From Oculatellaceae cyanobacterium bins.114 (GTDB lineage: Bacteria; Cyanobacteriota; Cyanobacteriia; Elainellales; Elainellaceae), in NCBI GenBank assembly GCA_033764315.1, contig JANRJA010000160.1:1-64000 (forward strand): a stretch of DNA of 64,000 nt. Reading direction: 5' to 3'. The notes under the pieces were generated by a model. That model searched no databases. It saw nothing but the letters and a program-made list of their open reading frames with translations, and was not told where the DNA came from. Shown piece after piece: positions 52,501 through 63,290 of this stretch. Position numbers and translations under genes: made by a program. Positions within the stretch are counted from its first letter, which is position 1. The number at the start of each line of letters is the position of its first letter.

Positions 52501-53349
52501 ATGGCTCTTTCTCTGGCACAAAATGCGATCGCCCTACTTATTGACCTAGCAGAACGGGGAGAGATTGATCCTTGGGATGTCAAGGTGATTGAGGTAATCG
52601 ATCGCTTTTTGAGCCAACTCACTCCCCTGCAGAGTAACGAAGCAGGGCGAGCACCCTATGAAGCTGACCTGTCTGAATCAGGGCAGGCATTTTTATATGC
52701 CTCGATACTAGTCTTGTTAAAAGCAGATAGTTTGGCCCGCTCTGAGTCGCGTGATGAAGAGGAAGAGTTGGAAGCTGAGGAGGTTTTGGCTCCAGAAGGG
52801 ACAACGGCTTTGCCGTTGCGCTTAGAAAAAACGATTCGGCGGCGGGCGGTGGCAAACCCGCCTCAAAACCGTCGGGTTACGCTAAAAGAATTGATTGCCC
52901 AACTTGAGATCATGGCGGCCACTGTTGCAGAGAACAAACCTCGCATTCGGGCACGCCGTCCCCGACCCCAATCTCGCAGTCAGGCCGTGCGAGCGATCAC
53001 CCAACTAGCTCACCAAGAAAATCTCTCAGAGATTGCGGCAGCACTGGAGCAATTTTTAAGTGACCACTGGCAAGATGTCAGCGAAGGCGAAGAGTGGGTC
53101 GATTTTGATGTGTTGTTGGAGTTGTGGGTTCACTCTGACGCTCAACAAGCGATCGCCGCTGATCCCTCAGCTCATCATTCTGATCAGAGCGATCGGGTTG
53201 GAGTTTTTTGGGCACTGCTATTTTTGTCAGCTCAAACTAAAGTTGAGCTATCTCAAGAAAAATTTTATCAGGATTTAAGAGTCCGCAGCCTCGCCCACTT
53301 GACTACTGAAGAACTGGCAAATCTGTCAGCTCTTATACTCAGTGATTGA
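52501..53349 (+). CDS. scpA: Segregation and condensation protein A
   Basis: GEIDPWDV.VI.VID, AS.LV..KA, R.VTL.ELI, FWALLFLS...KV.L.Q..FY. Confidence 0.9.
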   Translation: MALSLAQNAIALLIDLAERGEIDPWDVKVIEVIDRFLSQLTPLQSNEAGRAPYEADLSESGQAFLYASILVLLKADSLARSESRDEEEELEAEEVLAPEGTTALPLRLEKTIRRRAVANPPQNRRVTLKELIAQLEIMAATVAENKPRIRARRPRPQSRSQAVRAITQLAHQENLSEIAAALEQFLSDHWQDVSEGEEWVDFDVLLELWVHSDAQQAIAADPSAHHSDQSDRVGVFWALLFLSAQTKVELSQEKFYQDLRVRSLAHLTTEELANLSALILSD

Positions 53350-53683
53350 TTGTGTTTGTCCTTACAGACTGGACAGTCCACTCTGCTGTACTGCTAAACT
53401 TGACGCTGACCATCAATACTAAAGAACACTTTTACAAAAATTCAAATTAGATATAGATTCTGCAAAATTCTTTCTCTACTCCTGGCAATTCTCAAAGATT
53501 GTGAAAGACTGGAACAGATTATGTCCTTACAAGGAATGGATTCATGGGTGCGTACTAAGTCAATTTCAAGCTTTATAGCAGAAATTTTTTTGAAAAATTC
53601 GCTATAGTTCCAGTCAAATGAAGCGGTTGTAAATCCCACTTATTTGTCAAAGTCATTAGAATTAGTTAGCTCAGGTAATGTAG

Positions 53684-54868
53684 ATGTCCAAAAAGTCCAT
53701 GAAGGCGATGATCCTCGCAGCAGGTAAGGGTACCCGCGTCCGTCCCATTACCTACACCACGCCAAAGCCCATGATCCCGATCTTGCAAAAACCAGTGATG
53801 GAATTTTTGCTGGAGCTTTTACGAAGTCATGGCTTTGACCAAATCATGGTGAATGTCAGTCACCTGGCATATGAAATTGAAAGTTACTTTCGCGATGGAC
53901 AGCGATTTGGAGTCCAAATTGCTTACTCATTTGAAGGTCGCATCAAAGAAGATGGTGAATTGGTGGGTGAAGCCGTGGGATCTGCCGGAGGCATGCGACG
54001 CATCCAAGACTTCTCTCCTTTTTTTGATGACACCTTTGTGGTGTTATGCGGTGATGCGCTCATTGATTTAGATTTGACAGCAGCCGTTGAGTGGCACCGT
54101 TCTAAGGGTTCGATCGCCACCATCATTATGAAAACCGTTCCCCGTGAAGAAGTATCTAGTTATGGGGTTGTTGTAACCGACGACGAAGGGCAGATCAAAG
54201 CATTTCAGGAAAAGCCTAGTGTCGATGAGGCTCTTAGCAACAACATCAACACAGGAATTTATATTTTTGAACCAGAGGTTCTCAACTATATTCCATCGGG
54301 TGAAGAGTTTGATATTGGGAGTCAGCTCTTTCCTAAGCTGGTTGAGATTGGTGCTCCTTTTTACGGTCTACCGATGGATTTTGAATGGGTTGACATTGGC
54401 AAGGTGCCCGATTATTGGCGAGCTATTCGTGGCGTTTTGATGCGAGAAATCAAAAATGTTGAGATTCCTGGTCATGAAATTTTCCCCGGTATCTACACAG
54501 GTCTAAATGTGGCAGTTAACTGGGACAAAGTAGAAATCCAGGGACCTGTGTATATTGGTGGCATGACCCGCATCGAAGACGGAGCCAAAATTATTGGCCC
54601 CTCAATGATTGGCCCTAGTTGCCATATTTGTGGCGGAGCTACTGTCGATAACAGCGTTATCTTTGAATATTCTCGTTTAGGGGCAGGTGTACGTTTGGTC
54701 GATAAGCTCGTTTATGGACGTTATTGTGTTGATAAAACGGGCGAATCCATCGATGTTGAAAAGGCCTCTCTAGATTGGCTCATTACTGACGCTCGTAAGC
54801 CTTTCCCCGTTCAACCCCGGACAGAGCAAGAGCTAATTTCTAAAGCGTTAGACAACAAATCGTTTTGA
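53684..54868 (+). CDS. cugP: Cyanobacterial UDP-glucose pyrophosphorylase CugP / NDP-sugar synthase
   Basis: MKAMILAAGKGTRVRPIT..PKPMIPILQKPVMEFL, FQEKP, C-terminal left-handed beta-helix; start may be ATG 53699. Confidence 0.85.
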   Translation: MSKKSMKAMILAAGKGTRVRPITYTTPKPMIPILQKPVMEFLLELLRSHGFDQIMVNVSHLAYEIESYFRDGQRFGVQIAYSFEGRIKEDGELVGEAVGSAGGMRRIQDFSPFFDDTFVVLCGDALIDLDLTAAVEWHRSKGSIATIIMKTVPREEVSSYGVVVTDDEGQIKAFQEKPSVDEALSNNINTGIYIFEPEVLNYIPSGEEFDIGSQLFPKLVEIGAPFYGLPMDFEWVDIGKVPDYWRAIRGVLMREIKNVEIPGHEIFPGIYTGLNVAVNWDKVEIQGPVYIGGMTRIEDGAKIIGPSMIGPSCHICGGATVDNSVIFEYSRLGAGVRLVDKLVYGRYCVDKTGESIDVEKASLDWLITDARKPFPVQPRTEQELISKALDNKSF

Positions 54869-54945
54869 GGCAAGGCTAAAAACAGAGAGCAATAGGCAGA
54901 AGGATAGAGGCTGAAATTCCATTTTTTTTTCTCGTCTTCTTTTAT

Positions 54946-55020
54946 CGGTAGTCCTAAACAAGTAAGGATATGCCGCGCGGCATATCCTTACTCAAAAATC
55001 ATTACTCTTAGAGGACTATC
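54946..55020. repeat. MITE-like element with a perfect 32-bp palindrome, between convergent genes
   Basis: AGTAAGGATATGCCGCGCGGCATATCCTTACT at 54961-54992; ends CGGTAGTCCTAAAC / AGAGGACTATC; similar end near 10406-10428. Confidence 0.6.
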
Positions 55021-55030
55021 CTTCTATCTT

Positions 55031-55495
55031 TTATTCTTTCTCTTTCTTGCTCATTTCCAAAATCTGTTGGGCGATCGCCTCTGGCACTGGCATGACTGAG
55101 AGACGGTTTCCCTGTCTCACAACCCATAGCTCATCGGGTGAAAATTGGGTTCTCAGCGTTTCCAGCGAAATCAGTTGGGGAAACTGGTGAACAAATTCAA
55201 CAATGACAGTTTGCCAACGAGGATTGTCGGGGGTCGATTTGGGATCGTAGTATTTGCTATTGGTGTCAAATTGAGTGGGATCAACGATCGCTGTTTTTGC
55301 CACTTGCATCAATCCCACAATGCCGGGAGGAGCCGTGTTGGAATGATAAAAGAATGCAAAGTCACCGGTTTGCATCGATCGCAAATAATTTCGAGCTTGA
55401 TAATTGCGGACTCCATCCCAAATGGTTTGGCGATCGCGCTTTAAATCATGAATGCCATAAACCTCTGGCTCTGACTTCATCAACCAATAATTCAT
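55031..55495 (-). CDS. EVE domain protein
   Basis: MNYWLMKSEP, WDGVRNYQARN, FFYHS, YYDPKS, RLSV.PV. Confidence 0.93.
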   Translation of the reverse strand: MNYWLMKSEPEVYGIHDLKRDRQTIWDGVRNYQARNYLRSMQTGDFAFFYHSNTAPPGIVGLMQVAKTAIVDPTQFDTNSKYYDPKSTPDNPRWQTVIVEFVHQFPQLISLETLRTQFSPDELWVVRQGNRLSVMPVPEAIAQQILEMSKKEKE

Positions 55496-55503
55496 CGTGT
55501 CGG

Positions 55504-56961
55504 TTATTCCTCGCCTTTATATCTGTTTTCAGAGGGCTTATGAGAAATGATTGCCTCTCCATCAGGGTCATTCTCATTATTCTCTAATGGCGGTTCTAAA
55601 CGTTCAATCCGAATTTGATGAAGTCGAGGTCCCTCCGCTGACGTGACTGTTAACTCCAGGTCAGCATAGCGGAAGTATTCTCCAACCGTTGGAATTTTTT
55701 GAAACTGATGAATGATAAAGCCCCCCAACGTCTGATATTGCTCAGTCAGGGGTAGATCCAGTTTGAGCAGTTCGTTGACTTCCTCTAGATCCATCTGGGC
55801 TTGCACTAGAAACGTGCGATCGTTTAGCAATTGAATGGGGGGTTCCTCGTCTTCTGGGTCATGCACTTCGCCGATGATCTGAGCTGCCAAATCTTTGATA
55901 GTCACCAACCCTGCTGTTCCGCCAAATTCATCTACGACAACCACCATCGCCTGACCTGCCCGTTGCATCAGACGCAACAGTTCTTTTAAGGGCACTGACT
56001 CTGGCACAAACTGAGCCGGACGAACCCACGGTTGAATGGCACTATCTAACGCCAAAACCCCCTCAACTAAAGGGGCTGCTAATTCTTTGAAATAAATAAT
56101 GCCAACAATATCATCTAACGATTCACCCACCACGGGATAGCGGGAATGCCCTGTTTGAGCAACCTCATGCAGCAGATCTTGAAAAGTGGCATCTTGCTCG
56201 ATCGCCACCACACTAATCCGGGGCACCATCACCTCTTGAGCTGACACCTCCGTAAACTCAAAGACGTTACTCAGTAGTTCTCGTTCTCCAGCCTCTAAAC
56301 CCGGTGACTCAGTTGATGTACGAATGATTAGTTCTAATTCTTCTGGAGTGACCCGGTTATACCATCCCTGTCCGCTGTATTGAATGCCCACTAGACGCAG
56401 CAACAGCCAGGTCGATTGATTCAAAATCCAGATAAATGGATTAAAGAAGCGGGCGATCGCCTGACTGGGAGGGGCTAAGAATCGAGCTAATTGCTCTGGA
56501 TAAAGCAGTGCCACCGACTTGGGACAAAGTTCACCCAACACGATTTGCAGATAGGCGATCAGCAGAAATGCTGCTGGCATGGCAATGGAATGTGAGATCA
56601 GGGGGCGATCGCCCACTCGCACTGGAAAAGCGGCTAACCCTACTGTTAGCAGAGTAGCCATCGTATTTTCCCCAATCCATCCCAATGCCAGACTAGAAAG
56701 GGTAATGCCCAGTTGAGTCGTTGAAAGCAGCCGATCTAAACCCCGTTGCAGGTCTTGCACCGTCTGTGCTTGCACATCTCCCGCTGAGGCAAGCTGATTG
56801 ATGCGCGATCGCCGCACAGAAACAATTGAAAACTCGGCAGTGACAAAAAAAGCATTAATGGCAATCAACAAAAATACGGCTAGCAGCCGTGAAATAATGT
56901 CTGAGCCAGTTAATGATGGAATCGTATCAGTTGCCAACACGAATAGGGCAGCAAGAGTCAT
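55504..56961 (-). CDS. HlyC/CorC (CNNM + CBS) family transporter
   Basis: NAFFVTAEFS, QLGIT, GELCPK, VMVPR, GHSRYPV, VVDEFGGTAG, TLGGF. Confidence 0.93.
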   Translation of the reverse strand: MTLAALFVLATDTIPSLTGSDIISRLLAVFLLIAINAFFVTAEFSIVSVRRSRINQLASAGDVQAQTVQDLQRGLDRLLSTTQLGITLSSLALGWIGENTMATLLTVGLAAFPVRVGDRPLISHSIAMPAAFLLIAYLQIVLGELCPKSVALLYPEQLARFLAPPSQAIARFFNPFIWILNQSTWLLLRLVGIQYSGQGWYNRVTPEELELIIRTSTESPGLEAGERELLSNVFEFTEVSAQEVMVPRISVVAIEQDATFQDLLHEVAQTGHSRYPVVGESLDDIVGIIYFKELAAPLVEGVLALDSAIQPWVRPAQFVPESVPLKELLRLMQRAGQAMVVVVDEFGGTAGLVTIKDLAAQIIGEVHDPEDEEPPIQLLNDRTFLVQAQMDLEEVNELLKLDLPLTEQYQTLGGFIIHQFQKIPTVGEYFRYADLELTVTSAEGPRLHQIRIERLEPPLENNENDPDGEAIISHKPSENRYKGEE

Positions 56962-57015
56962 CCGAAAATAGAAAAGACCTAGCAGGAGTATGGTACGTCA
57001 TCCCCGCTAGAGAAA

Positions 57016-57741
57016 TCACCTGACAACTGGAATACCAGATAGTTTTAGCCGTAATTGTTGATCGGGATAGTCAGTTAGGGCGATCGACAGATCATTGACC
57101 CCCTCTAGCAACACCATTGGAATGGTGACCGTTCCCGAAAAAGACTCGCTGTTAGGCTGCAACTCACTTGGCAAACCCTCAGTATTGGCACTAAACGATC
57201 GCCCTTGGCGATCGCTAATGTTCATAAAACTATAAAGAAACTGCACCGGGCGATCGCCCCCATTTTGCAGATTGACATCCAGCACCAACACGCCATTTTC
57301 CTGGCGCACCGAACGCACCTCAAGCGTCACTCCCTGATCTTGACTCGTGATCGGCAGTCCTGTTGCATTTGGGTCAGCGTTAACAGCAACAATTGGGCTT
57401 GCCGTTGCCTCTGGAGTCATCGGGGTTTGAGCATCCGTTGTTTGTGCAGTGGCATTGGGGCTTGCTGCAGTTCCAGTGGGTGTGGCAACAAGTGGCTCTG
57501 TTTCAGCCGTTCGACCGTCCATCCGGGCTTTGACATCTGCCAAAATCGCGTCTTCGCTCAAAATAGACACCTCTTCATGTCGGGGTGTCCCGTCGCCTAA
57601 CGCAGTCGAAGGTCTAACATCGGGTTGAGTAATGCCTTTGAGTGCTTCTCGCCCCAAGGCATACCCCCAAGAACCGCTGACCACCCCAGCGGCAACCATC
57701 AGAAACAATAAAATGAGTGTTAGTGCAACAGTTGGGTTCAC
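57016..57741 (-). CDS. Hypothetical membrane-anchored protein
   Basis: N-terminal TM, ALGREALKGITQPD, Thr/Ala-rich linker, beta-rich C-terminal domain (FLYSF, LTDYP). Confidence 0.8.
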   Translation of the reverse strand: MNPTVALTLILLFLMVAAGVVSGSWGYALGREALKGITQPDVRPSTALGDGTPRHEEVSILSEDAILADVKARMDGRTAETEPLVATPTGTAASPNATAQTTDAQTPMTPEATASPIVAVNADPNATGLPITSQDQGVTLEVRSVRQENGVLVLDVNLQNGGDRPVQFLYSFMNISDRQGRSFSANTEGLPSELQPNSESFSGTVTIPMVLLEGVNDLSIALTDYPDQQLRLKLSGIPVVR

Positions 57742-57839
57742 GTTAACGATTTCAAATTACAACTTCAAATAAATCAGGCATTAATAAACCAAACATTTTA
57801 GGATATTGTCAGTTCAAGCTACAATAAAAGCCAAAATCT

Positions 57840-57912
57840 CCAGGGTTGGCCGAGCGGTTTAGGCAGCGAACTCATAATTCGCCTCAGGCAGGTTCGACCC
57901 CTGCACCCTGGA
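57840..57912 (+). tRNA. tRNA with CAT anticodon, probably tRNA-Ile2 (lysidine); elongator Met not excluded
   Basis: CCAGGGT acceptor paired with ACCCTGG-A; anticodon arm GCGAA-CT-CAT-AA-TTCGC; T-loop GGTTCGACCC; paired C1-G72 argues against initiator tRNA; TACAAT -10 upstream. Confidence 0.9.
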
Positions 57913-58042
57913 TTGCCATCGCCTCTCATGTCCAACTCATATCGCAATGTCTAGATCCATTCGCAATTTTGCGAATATCCTAGCTCATTTAAGCGTCTAA
58001 AATCAGGATTGGCTAGACCCTGATACTAAAATATGGCTCAAC

Positions 58043-58669
58043 ATGACTCAAACTCCTGTTTCGCTCCAATCTATTGAGGTGAGCACCGTTGATTTGCCCA
58101 CCCTACGGCAATATCTGCTCGATTTGTTTTGTCAAGTGGCTTACAAAGAAGGCGATTTTGTCCTGTCATCCGGGCAACACAGTGACTACTACATCAATGG
58201 AAAACACGTGACACTACATGCCCAGGGTGGGTTGGCTGTCGGTCGGTTGCTGTTGGCAATGGTGCCTTCTGAGACAGTGGCGATCGCCGGATTAACCCTG
58301 GGAGCTGACCCAATCGTAACTGCCGTGAGTATCGTCGGAGCCTATGAAGGTCGGCTACTCACACCGTTGATTGTGCGTAAAGAAGCAAAAGGACACGGCA
58401 CCCAGGCCTACATTGAAGGTCCCATTCTTGCCCCTGGCAGCGCAGTTGTCGTTTTAGAAGATGTCGTGACAACGGGACAGTCTGCTCTCAAAGCCGTCGA
58501 TCGGCTTCGTCAAGCCGGATATACAGTCAACCACATCATTGCCTTGGTTGATCGGCTCCAGGGAGGTGCAGAACTTTATCAACAGCAAGGCTTGCAGTTT
58601 CAAACGTTGTTCTCCATTCAAGATATCAAGATGCACTGGCAACAGATCCATCAAAAGACGGAAGACTAG
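58043..58669 (+). CDS. pyrE: Orotate phosphoribosyltransferase
   Basis: GDFVLSSG..S.YY, GLTLGADP, RKEAKGHGT, VLEDVVTTG.S. Confidence 0.95.
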   Translation: MTQTPVSLQSIEVSTVDLPTLRQYLLDLFCQVAYKEGDFVLSSGQHSDYYINGKHVTLHAQGGLAVGRLLLAMVPSETVAIAGLTLGADPIVTAVSIVGAYEGRLLTPLIVRKEAKGHGTQAYIEGPILAPGSAVVVLEDVVTTGQSALKAVDRLRQAGYTVNHIIALVDRLQGGAELYQQQGLQFQTLFSIQDIKMHWQQIHQKTED

Positions 58670-59053
58670 AAAATGAAACAGGGAAAAAAGAGTGCTGTGC
58701 CAAGTCAAGAAATGATGGGATGACAGGATGTACTCTCGCTCTCACAGCCTTCTAAGTTCTTTGATTCTCATTTTCCGCTTTTTCCGGATAAACCCTCAGC
58801 TTTAAGGAGCATTAATAGAGCCTTGAAGTTTTAGTAAACTACCCTGCTGATTGCCTCGACACCTAAGATTCTCTGTTAGCTTGCTATAAAGTTAAGTAGA
58901 AATACGACTTAGGTAAAAGTACGGCAGACTAGACACGACTTTATCGCTAGGTTAGCTTTGAAGCCTTAGGTGTCATCCTACCAGTCAAGGTTAGAAAATA
59001 ATTCCAGCTAAACTGGTTTTTGCTGTTTGCTATTAACCCCTAGATACAAAACT

Positions 59054-60016
59054 ATGCGAATTTTAGTTACGGGCGGCGCAGGTTTTATTGGTTCTCATCT
59101 AATTGACCGATTAATGCAAGAAGGGCATGAAGTTATTTGTTTAGATAACTTCTACACAGGCCACAAGCGAAACTTGCTGAAATGGTTAGATCACCCCTAC
59201 TTTGAATTGATCCGTCACGATATTACCGAACCGATTCGGCTAGAAGCAGACCAAATTTATCACTTGGCTTGCCCAGCCTCTCCTGTCCACTACCAATACA
59301 ATCCGGTCAAAACTATCAAGACCAATGTAATGGGTACTTTAAATATGCTGGGGCTGGCAAAACGAGTGAAGGCAAGGTTCTTACTCGCTTCTACCTCTGA
59401 GGTATATGGAGATCCAGAGGTTCATCCTCAAACTGAAGACTATCGGGGTAACGTTAATCCCATTGGGATTCGTAGTTGCTATGACGAAGGGAAGCGGGTT
59501 GCTGAGACATTAGCATTTGACTACCATCGCCAAAATGATGTTGAAATCCGAGTGGCTCGAATTTTTAACACCTATGGTCCCAGAATGTTAGAAAATGACG
59601 GTCGAGTAGTGAGCAACTTGGTTGCCCAGGCGTTGCGTGATCAGCCGCTGACGGTATACGGTGATGGTTCTCAAACTCGCAGCTTCTGCTATGTTTCTGA
59701 TTTGGTGGATGGGTTAATACGATTGATGAACGGCGAACATACAGGGCCGGTCAATTTGGGTAACCCGGATGAATACACTATTCTGGAGCTGGCAAAGGCA
59801 GTCCAACAGATGGTCAATCCAGAAGTTGAGATTAAATTTGAGCCTCTTCCCCAGGATGACCCTCGTCGTCGTAAGCCTGATATCACCAGAGCGCGCACCT
59901 GGCTGAATTGGCAACCTACGGTGCCTTTGAAAGATGGGCTACAAATGATGGTAGACGATTTCAGAGCGCGTATGGGCGATCGCGCTACTGTAGCCCAACA
60001 CACTTTGCCTCTCTAG
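59054..60016 (+). CDS. UDP-glucuronate decarboxylase (UDP-xylose synthase) family
   Basis: [49 protein letters not shown]. Confidence 0.93.
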   Translation: MRILVTGGAGFIGSHLIDRLMQEGHEVICLDNFYTGHKRNLLKWLDHPYFELIRHDITEPIRLEADQIYHLACPASPVHYQYNPVKTIKTNVMGTLNMLGLAKRVKARFLLASTSEVYGDPEVHPQTEDYRGNVNPIGIRSCYDEGKRVAETLAFDYHRQNDVEIRVARIFNTYGPRMLENDGRVVSNLVAQALRDQPLTVYGDGSQTRSFCYVSDLVDGLIRLMNGEHTGPVNLGNPDEYTILELAKAVQQMVNPEVEIKFEPLPQDDPRRRKPDITRARTWLNWQPTVPLKDGLQMMVDDFRARMGDRATVAQHTLPL

Positions 60017-60097
60017 TGTTTCTTGAGCTGCTCCCTTTTCCCTGTCGGTTTTTACAGTCCTAAGTTTCTGCTCTATCCATGAGGAGTTTATTGAACT

Positions 60098-61477
60098 ATG
60101 CGTGTTTGTGTCATCGGTACTGGTTATGTTGGTCTAGTGACTGGCGTTTGCTTAGCTCACATTGGGCATCATGTTATCTGCGTTGACAACAATGAGGAAA
60201 AAGTTAAGTTGATGCAATCTGGGCAGTCCCCCATTTTTGAGCCGGGATTGTCAGAGTTAATGCAAGCTTCCATTCAGGCTGGACGCATCGAATTCACAAC
60301 CGATTTGGCGGCTGGCGTAGGTCATGGCGAAATCTTGTTTATCGCAGTGGGTACTCCTCCACTGCCTACTGGAGAGAGTGATACTCGCTATGTAGAAGCC
60401 GTTGCACGGGGAATTGGACAGCACCTCAATGGTGGCTACAAGGTCGTTGTGAACAAGTCAACTGTACCCATCGGTTCTGGTGACTGGGTTCGCATGATTG
60501 TGCTGGACGGTGTGGCTGAGCGACAAAAGGCGTTAGTTCCCGCAGGCAGTAATGAGGCAGTAGAAATCGAAGCCGATTTTGATGTGGTCAGCAACCCTGA
60601 ATTCTTACGCGAAGGATCTGCGGTCTATGACACTTTTAACCCTGACCGGATTGTGCTTGGTAGCAACAGCCAGCGGGCGATCGCTCTGATGAAAGAGCTG
60701 TATGCTCCTATCGTGGCGCGTGAGTTTGCAGAAGAGAAAACTCAACCGACTGTGCCAGTTGTGGTTACAGACCTCAGCTCAGCAGAAATGGTGAAGTATG
60801 CTGCGAATGCTTTTCTGGCAACCAAAATCAGCTTCATCAACGAAGTTGCTAACATCTGCGATCGCGTCGGTGCTGATGTCACTCAAGTGGCAAGAGGTAT
60901 CGGTCTTGACTCTCGCATTGGTGGCAAATTCCTGCAAGCCGGGATTGGTTGGGGTGGCTCATGTTTCCCTAAAGACGTGTCTGCCTTGATTCACACGGCT
61001 GATGATTATGGTTACGAAGCGCAGTTGTTGAAATCAGCTGTTAGCGTGAACCAGCGTCAACGCTTGATTGCCATTGAGAAGCTGCAACAAGTCCTGAAGA
61101 TCCTCAAGGGCAAGACGGTTGGGTTGTTGGGCTTGACCTTTAAACCCGACACCGATGACATGCGCGATGCTCCAGCACTTGACTTGATTGAGCATCTGAG
61201 CCGCTTGGGTACTAAGGTCAAAGCCTTTGACCCGTTGGTGTCGCAAACTGGATTGCGCCACGGTCTGTCAAATGTGATTGTGGAAACAGATCCAGAACGA
61301 TTGGCAGATGGTTGTGATGCATTGGTGCTTGTCACTGACTGGAAGCAATTCCGCACGTTGGATTATGCCAAGATGTCTAAGCTGATGAGTAACCCTGTGA
61401 TCATTGATGGTCGTAACTTCTTAGACCAAGAAGCAATGGAGAGAGCTGGTTTCCGTTACGTTGGAATCGGTCGTTAA
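60098..61477 (+). CDS. ugd: UDP-glucose 6-dehydrogenase
   Basis: GTGYVG, KSTVP, NPEFLREG, KYAANAFLA, GGSCFPKD, FKPDTDDMR, DGRN. Confidence 0.95.
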   Translation: MRVCVIGTGYVGLVTGVCLAHIGHHVICVDNNEEKVKLMQSGQSPIFEPGLSELMQASIQAGRIEFTTDLAAGVGHGEILFIAVGTPPLPTGESDTRYVEAVARGIGQHLNGGYKVVVNKSTVPIGSGDWVRMIVLDGVAERQKALVPAGSNEAVEIEADFDVVSNPEFLREGSAVYDTFNPDRIVLGSNSQRAIALMKELYAPIVAREFAEEKTQPTVPVVVTDLSSAEMVKYAANAFLATKISFINEVANICDRVGADVTQVARGIGLDSRIGGKFLQAGIGWGGSCFPKDVSALIHTADDYGYEAQLLKSAVSVNQRQRLIAIEKLQQVLKILKGKTVGLLGLTFKPDTDDMRDAPALDLIEHLSRLGTKVKAFDPLVSQTGLRHGLSNVIVETDPERLADGCDALVLVTDWKQFRTLDYAKMSKLMSNPVIIDGRNFLDQEAMERAGFRYVGIGR

Positions 61478-61512
61478 TTATCCATTCTTCTGATTAGCGA
61501 AGCTATAGCTTT

Positions 61513-61540
61513 AGGGGCACGACTCAGTTGTGCCCCTCTT
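61513..61540 (+). terminator. Possible terminator or palindromic repeat after ugd
   Basis: AGGGGCAC-gactcagtt-GTGCCCCT followed by T-rich sequence. Confidence 0.5.
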
Positions 61541-61596
61541 TGTATGGTGTTTTGTATAGTGTGATGGATGAAGGCGGTGAACCCTGGGTGCAAATC

Positions 61597-62307
61597 ATGA
61601 AAATTCACCAGCGTCACGACTGGAATTTGACGGCTGAAGAGGCGATCGCCCTACAACATCGCCTCAAATCTGAGGTGATTACCACCGATCAACTTGAACC
61701 CATTCGATATGTCGCTGGGGTAGATGTTGGCTTTGAAGCAGAGGGCACCGTGACACGAGCCGCCGTCACAGTCCTCAACTTTCCCCAACTGCAACTGCAA
61801 GAACAGGTGCTTGCCCGGTGCCCCACTACATTTCCCTATATTCCAGGGTTACTCTCGTTTCGAGAGGTTCCTGCTGTGTTGGAGGCATTGAAACAGTTAC
61901 AGACTACTCCTGATTTGTTGTTGTGTGACGGACAGGGAACTGCTCACCCACGTCGTTTTGGCATTGCTTGTCACATTGGCTTGCTGGTGAATCTTCCTAG
62001 CATCGGTATCGGAAAGTCGCTATTAGTAGGGATTCATGCTGAAGTGCCTGATCACAAGGGAGCGTGGGTGCCTTTACACCATCAGGGTGAGACCATCGGA
62101 GCCGTTGTTCGTACTCGCATGGGCACTAAACCCCTTTATATTTCTCCGGGACACCGTATCAGTTTAGAAACGGCGATCGCCTATGTTATGCAGTGCACCA
62201 CCAAATATCGCCTGCCTGAAACTACTCGGTTTGCTCATAAGCTGGCATCTGAGATGAAAGATCAGCCGATTCAGCCAGTTCAGCAACAGTTGAGTTTGGG
62301 ATTGTAG
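61597..62307 (+). CDS. nfi: Endonuclease V
   Basis: VAGVDVGF, FPYIPGLLSFRE, DGQG.AHPRR.GIA, KPLYISPGH, YRLPE.TR.AH. Confidence 0.95.
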   Translation: MKIHQRHDWNLTAEEAIALQHRLKSEVITTDQLEPIRYVAGVDVGFEAEGTVTRAAVTVLNFPQLQLQEQVLARCPTTFPYIPGLLSFREVPAVLEALKQLQTTPDLLLCDGQGTAHPRRFGIACHIGLLVNLPSIGIGKSLLVGIHAEVPDHKGAWVPLHHQGETIGAVVRTRMGTKPLYISPGHRISLETAIAYVMQCTTKYRLPETTRFAHKLASEMKDQPIQPVQQQLSLGL

Positions 62308-62321
62308 GGAATGTAATAAGC

Positions 62322-62362
62322 TAGAGGCGCGATTAATCGCGCCTCATTAATCGCGTTTCTAC
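62322..62362. repeat. Short palindromic repeat between convergent nfi and DUF429 gene
   Basis: GAGGCGCGATTAATCGCGCCTC followed by a partial duplicate ATTAATCGCG. Confidence 0.55.
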
Positions 62363-62368
62363 CTGCCG

Positions 62369-63109
62369 TTATGGTCTTGGTGCGGGTACGATGATGTATC
62401 CCTCTGTGCGATCGCCCAAAACCCAATTGCGCTCTAGACTCCAATACCACCAATGGGCCGCAACATAGGCACAGATCAGGCTATCTAACTGGTCTTCGAT
62501 GGCTTTCATAGCGGTGCCGCGAGTGGGCACTTCAGGTAAAAGTGGTACTCCATTAGTTTCCACAAGCAAAAGGGCAGGGGTCAGCGTGGGCAAGGTTTCA
62601 AGCAAATAGTGGCGGAGCCGCAGCAGTTCTACTCGTCGTTCAGCGACAGTCCCTTTTTTATACTTTAGAATGCGCTCTAGCTGAAATAAATGCACCATTG
62701 CTGGGTGAGGAAACACCTCAATTTGGTAGCGACCGGGTTGTTGAGGTTGCAACTCTGGTGCATGAATAAATCCTCGGTCTTCTAAACTTAGCCCAAAGGC
62801 GATTGTGCGTTGGGCAAAGGCAAGCCCCAAATTAGCAGGATAGCACCCTGCATGATAGCGACCAAAGTGTTTGTGGGCAAGGCGATCGGGTAGTCGCATT
62901 CCTGTGGCATTGGGAATCAAGGTAGGTGCATCAACGGCAATCATGGCAGGCTCGTCAGGTGAAACCCACTGGTCAACCCAAATCAAGACTTCCTCAATCG
63001 TTGCTAAACGCTGCAAATCCAGTAGATGCAACGTTTCCCCGTACAATTTTAGGCAACATAGTCCACTGGGTTGAGACATCCAACCCAGATCAACGCCCAA
63101 GAATTTCAT
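62369..63109 (-). CDS. DUF429 family protein (predicted RNase H-fold nuclease)
   Basis: MKFLGVDLGW, AVDAP, EVFPH, KYKKG, EDQLD..ICAY, GYIIVP. ATG 63109 preferred. Confidence 0.85.
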   Translation of the reverse strand: MKFLGVDLGWMSQPSGLCCLKLYGETLHLLDLQRLATIEEVLIWVDQWVSPDEPAMIAVDAPTLIPNATGMRLPDRLAHKHFGRYHAGCYPANLGLAFAQRTIAFGLSLEDRGFIHAPELQPQQPGRYQIEVFPHPAMVHLFQLERILKYKKGTVAERRVELLRLRHYLLETLPTLTPALLLVETNGVPLLPEVPTRGTAMKAIEDQLDSLICAYVAAHWWYWSLERNWVLGDRTEGYIIVPAPRP

Positions 63110-63290
63110 AGATGTTTCAGGGTCAAGCTGTGCGAAAAACTGGATGGACTCGGTGATATCTACAATAAGGCGATCGCCCGTTATCACACTCAACCCATCC
63201 GCAATTCAGGGAATACTGCATTTACCATCGTGATTTTATTAGGGATTTATAACGGGTGACGCTGAAAGCCCCCAACTGGAGATAACCCCG

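Noticed and set aside
55031..63109. EVE, endonuclease V and DUF429 genes as a defence system
   Set aside because: Not contiguous or co-oriented, interleaved with core genes, and each is a widespread standalone family.
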